In this document: piece by piece, positions 61,006-64,000 of the stretch
Position numbering within the stretch: the first letter of the stretch is position 1
Layout: each line of letters starts with the position of its first letter
Source: Lingula anatina
Taxonomy: Eukaryota > Animalia > Brachiopoda
Length of the DNA stretch: 64,000 nt
Direction of reading: 5' to 3'
Assembly (NCBI GenBank): GCA_051362555.1
Contig: CM120640.1
Coordinates: 17,918,001-17,982,000, forward strand
The notes under the pieces: model-generated
Database searches by the model: none
Seen by the model: only the letters and a program-made list of their open reading frames with translations
What the model was told of the DNA's origin: nothing
Position numbers and translations under genes: made by a program

Positions 61006-62589
61006 ATGGCTGCGCCCACGAGAAGGTAAACAAACAGTGATTGATTGAGCATTGAGTATAAAAGCGAAGTTGTCGAACCGTTTATGTTAATATCTTGTAG
61101 TCAAACATGGATAAGAGAGCATTTTTATTAAGTGGATCCAAACAGTTATATGACACGAGATATAAATAGTAAGGGCGAAATTGCCAAAAGGATGGGCAAA
61201 AAAAAGTCAATTCGAGTTCGTACATGTGCTTACGGAAACTTAAACATGTGCCACGATTGGCTGTCATCGTGTAATTCAAACGCCTTTATAACACCGTATT
61301 GGTCTACCGTAAAGACAAAAAGAACTGTTAAAATCGGCTAAATATTCCAAACGAATTAATCAAATTGTAGTAGATATGCTGTACCGGTAGTAATAATATT
61401 AATTGCAGCAAAGCATAGTTCAATGTTACTAGTACAGTCATTTCAATTTTCGTCATTACAGTTTACATGCTTCAGTAACTAAGGTAAATTTACAGGGAAT
61501 AAGTGTACAAGTATATTGTTTGAAAGGTGTTGTTCAATTGTGTACTGTAGACTTTAAGTCCACAAGTTCATATGGGTAACATTTGTTTTAATTATAGCCT
61601 TTAATTTGTTCATTGGTACATGTACTGTGTAGCCATATTATCTCATTATTTTTGAAATTTCACCAAATTGGCACTACTAATGTCATCAGCCTAAATTTCC
61701 AGATGGTATGTAGAAAAAAAAAGATAAGTTAATTTCAAACCATAAATGCACAGGTTTTTTTTAAGTTGAAATAGTTACAAATGTACATGTTGTTCAATTA
61801 TAAAATCTGCAGAACCACTACATGAAATGTTTTGATGAGATGTTTAATTTTCTTTGTAGACTCTGTATAACCTGCAGAGTAATGATGGAAAGGCAGACAT
61901 CTCTTTTGACTGCACAACAGATTTTGAATCCCATTAAAAGGCACTGCACCAAAGGTATGGTAATCAGATTATATGCTGCTTCTTCATCGCTTGTAACATG
62001 CATGATTTTTGTCCAAATTTTAAAGAGTCCAAGCACATAATGCATAGTGTACTTTCTATGAAATCAATATGGTTGGCTAGAAAATTGAAACTACAAAAAT
62101 GTTGATGTTGCTTGCAACATTTTGCAAAAAAGAAAAGGAGTTCACTGTCTGCTACTTTTGTTTAGGAAGAATAACAGCAGAAAAATTAAAGAAGAAAAGA
62201 ATGGGAGGGAGGGTATGGAAGTGTGTGGCATTTTGGAGGTGTTGTATTGCTGAAAGAAACTGATAAATGAAAATTTCTCAAGTGGAACTTGCAGGTGGTA
62301 TTTTTGTGAGCAATCAAGGAAAATGAGGATATTTTACTTGCAGTTGAATTCCTGACTTGGAAGTTGAACAATTCATGCTATTATATTATGTTGTTTTTAC
62401 CTGACAGGTTCTCAAGGTGAAGCAAGTGGATCAAATGCCATAGTGAGGTACTTTAGGTCAATTAAGTGGACGCCCTTACCCCTGAGTGTGGGGTTTGCAC
62501 TGATTGCAGCTCTTGGGTACAAGCATGCTTCAAGGCGGACAAAAAAGGAGATACAAGCTGAAAACTCTTTGAAAGCTCAAGAATGGCAG
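61006..62589 (+). CDS. PISD: Probable mitochondrial phosphatidylserine decarboxylase, first three exons (gene continues beyond window)
   Basis: Exons 61006-61025, 61860-61954 and 62408-62589 give MAAPTRRLCITCR...IKWTPLPLSVGFALIAALGYKHASRR...LKAQEWQ: an Arg-rich presequence, a W.P.P..VG TM segment and an A..W(Q/E) exon end as in PISD/PSD1 N-termini. The catalytic region is not in the window. Confidence 0.6.
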
Positions 62590-64000
62590 GTAGGAACTTT
62601 AAGGTTAGAGGTTATAAAAGAGGATTGGGGTGAATTTTTTTTTTTTTTTTTGGGGGGGGGGGGGGGTGACATTTTACTCAAATGTAGAAGCCTGAGTAAC
62701 TACTTTGGAGAGAAATATCATGTATGGAGGCTGAAGGTATGACTTTGATCTGTTTGCATTGGCATTGTTTAAACAGTGAAGGTTTAGGGTGCAAAATGGA
62801 AGAGTGTACCTTTAGTTTTTAGACATGTCTAGTGCCATTGTTAGTTAAAAACTCATAAATTTAGGTATGGTGAAGCTAATTCTAGCAAGGTGTTTGAGAT
62901 TCAGGTAATAGAATAAATAATTAGTCATTCTTGATATATTTTTTTATATGACAGTATGGAATGGTCAGTCAGTCTTGATATTATGAGGATGGGTTTGGTG
63001 ATCTTGTATACCTTGTATACCATGGCATAATTCAAGAATTAATAAACAAGGTCTGGGCAAATAGTGCCATTGAATTCACAGGAATGACTGATATACTAAG
63101 TAAATCCAACAATTTAATAACTGAATCCATAAACAAGTCATAATGTTACATTTGAATACACCTTATCTATGATAATATGTTAATTGGTTTAAATGACATG
63201 GATAGACCATGATTATTACTGTGCATTTTAATTTTAACTTTGTTAAATCAGTCAAAAGGTAAAACAAGGTAATAGGTCATTTTTAAGCAGAATGCTTATT
63301 TGATGTTGAGGAAAACATATTTCATTATTAAAGATGTATTAGTTTAAAAAGAAAAGAAAATATGTTTAAGACAAGGTTTATGTGTATTATAGTGGTGATT
63401 TCATGGCCAAACTTCATTTTAGAAACTTTCACATTTTAAGTCAAATTAAAACAACATTTGGTAAAGTTTGTTCAGATGTCTCCATTATAATGAAATAACA
63501 TGAATCTGTTAATGCATTTTATTCATTGGAAAGAACTGTAACCAAGTTTTAAAGGATGTTTTCAGATTTAAAAGGATTGAATAACTTTATTAACAACTTC
63601 ATCTCCAAGTTAAAGTTTAAAGCAGTCTGAGTTTAATTATGTAAAAGGTCTCTAGTAATATGCCTCAATTCTGTTAATTGGCTTCAATATCTCTGACTTG
63701 TTTTAGGATTCACTGTAATGTATTTTTTGTGTATGAGTATATAAGAAGAAGAACACTGTATTAGAGATCAGAGATTGGAGATCAGAGCTCGGAGTTAGTT
63801 TGGTCAGTTGAACTGATAGCTGGATTGTCCATGCTGTCTTAGGAGACTCCAGATCTCTCAGCCAGAGTAATAAACATAAAGATCAGGCAGTTAATAGTGC
63901 ATCTGTGGAAAACATATCATATCTGTTGTGTTACCTGCTGGAGAGTTAACCTAGACCAAGTAGTCCCCTGTAATAGTTAAGTCAAACCCATGCGTGATAT

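Overview
AT-rich, intron-rich animal genomic DNA, most likely from a marine invertebrate (a MetaSINE-like retroposon and Academ-, Kolobok- and Harbinger-type elements are present). Left to right: (1) a complete 9-exon pyruvate dehydrogenase E1-alpha gene (PDHA1, +), whose 4th intron hosts a complete antisense 7-exon gene for a WSC-Sushi-WSC single-pass receptor with a tyrosine-rich tail; (2) convergent SMARCAD1 (-); (3) an accessory zone (about 25-31 kb) with a TATA-driven, apparently spliced and polyadenylated tandem array built from exon+69-nt-intron units with internal 52-bp subrepeats, then an orphan frameshifted TDP-43 exon and other stray exon-like pieces; (4) an orphan gene of about 2,460 aa for a membrane-anchored protein made by tandem duplication of phase-0 exon modules, with a possible C-terminal SAM-like domain and two upstream CRE sites; (5) a 10-exon aldo-keto reductase (+), whose intron 3 holds two nested long-TIR Academ-like foldback transposons; (6) the first three exons of a probable mitochondrial phosphatidylserine decarboxylase (PISD). 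Gene models were assembled by hand from GT-AG sites and reading-frame continuity; no database searches were run.
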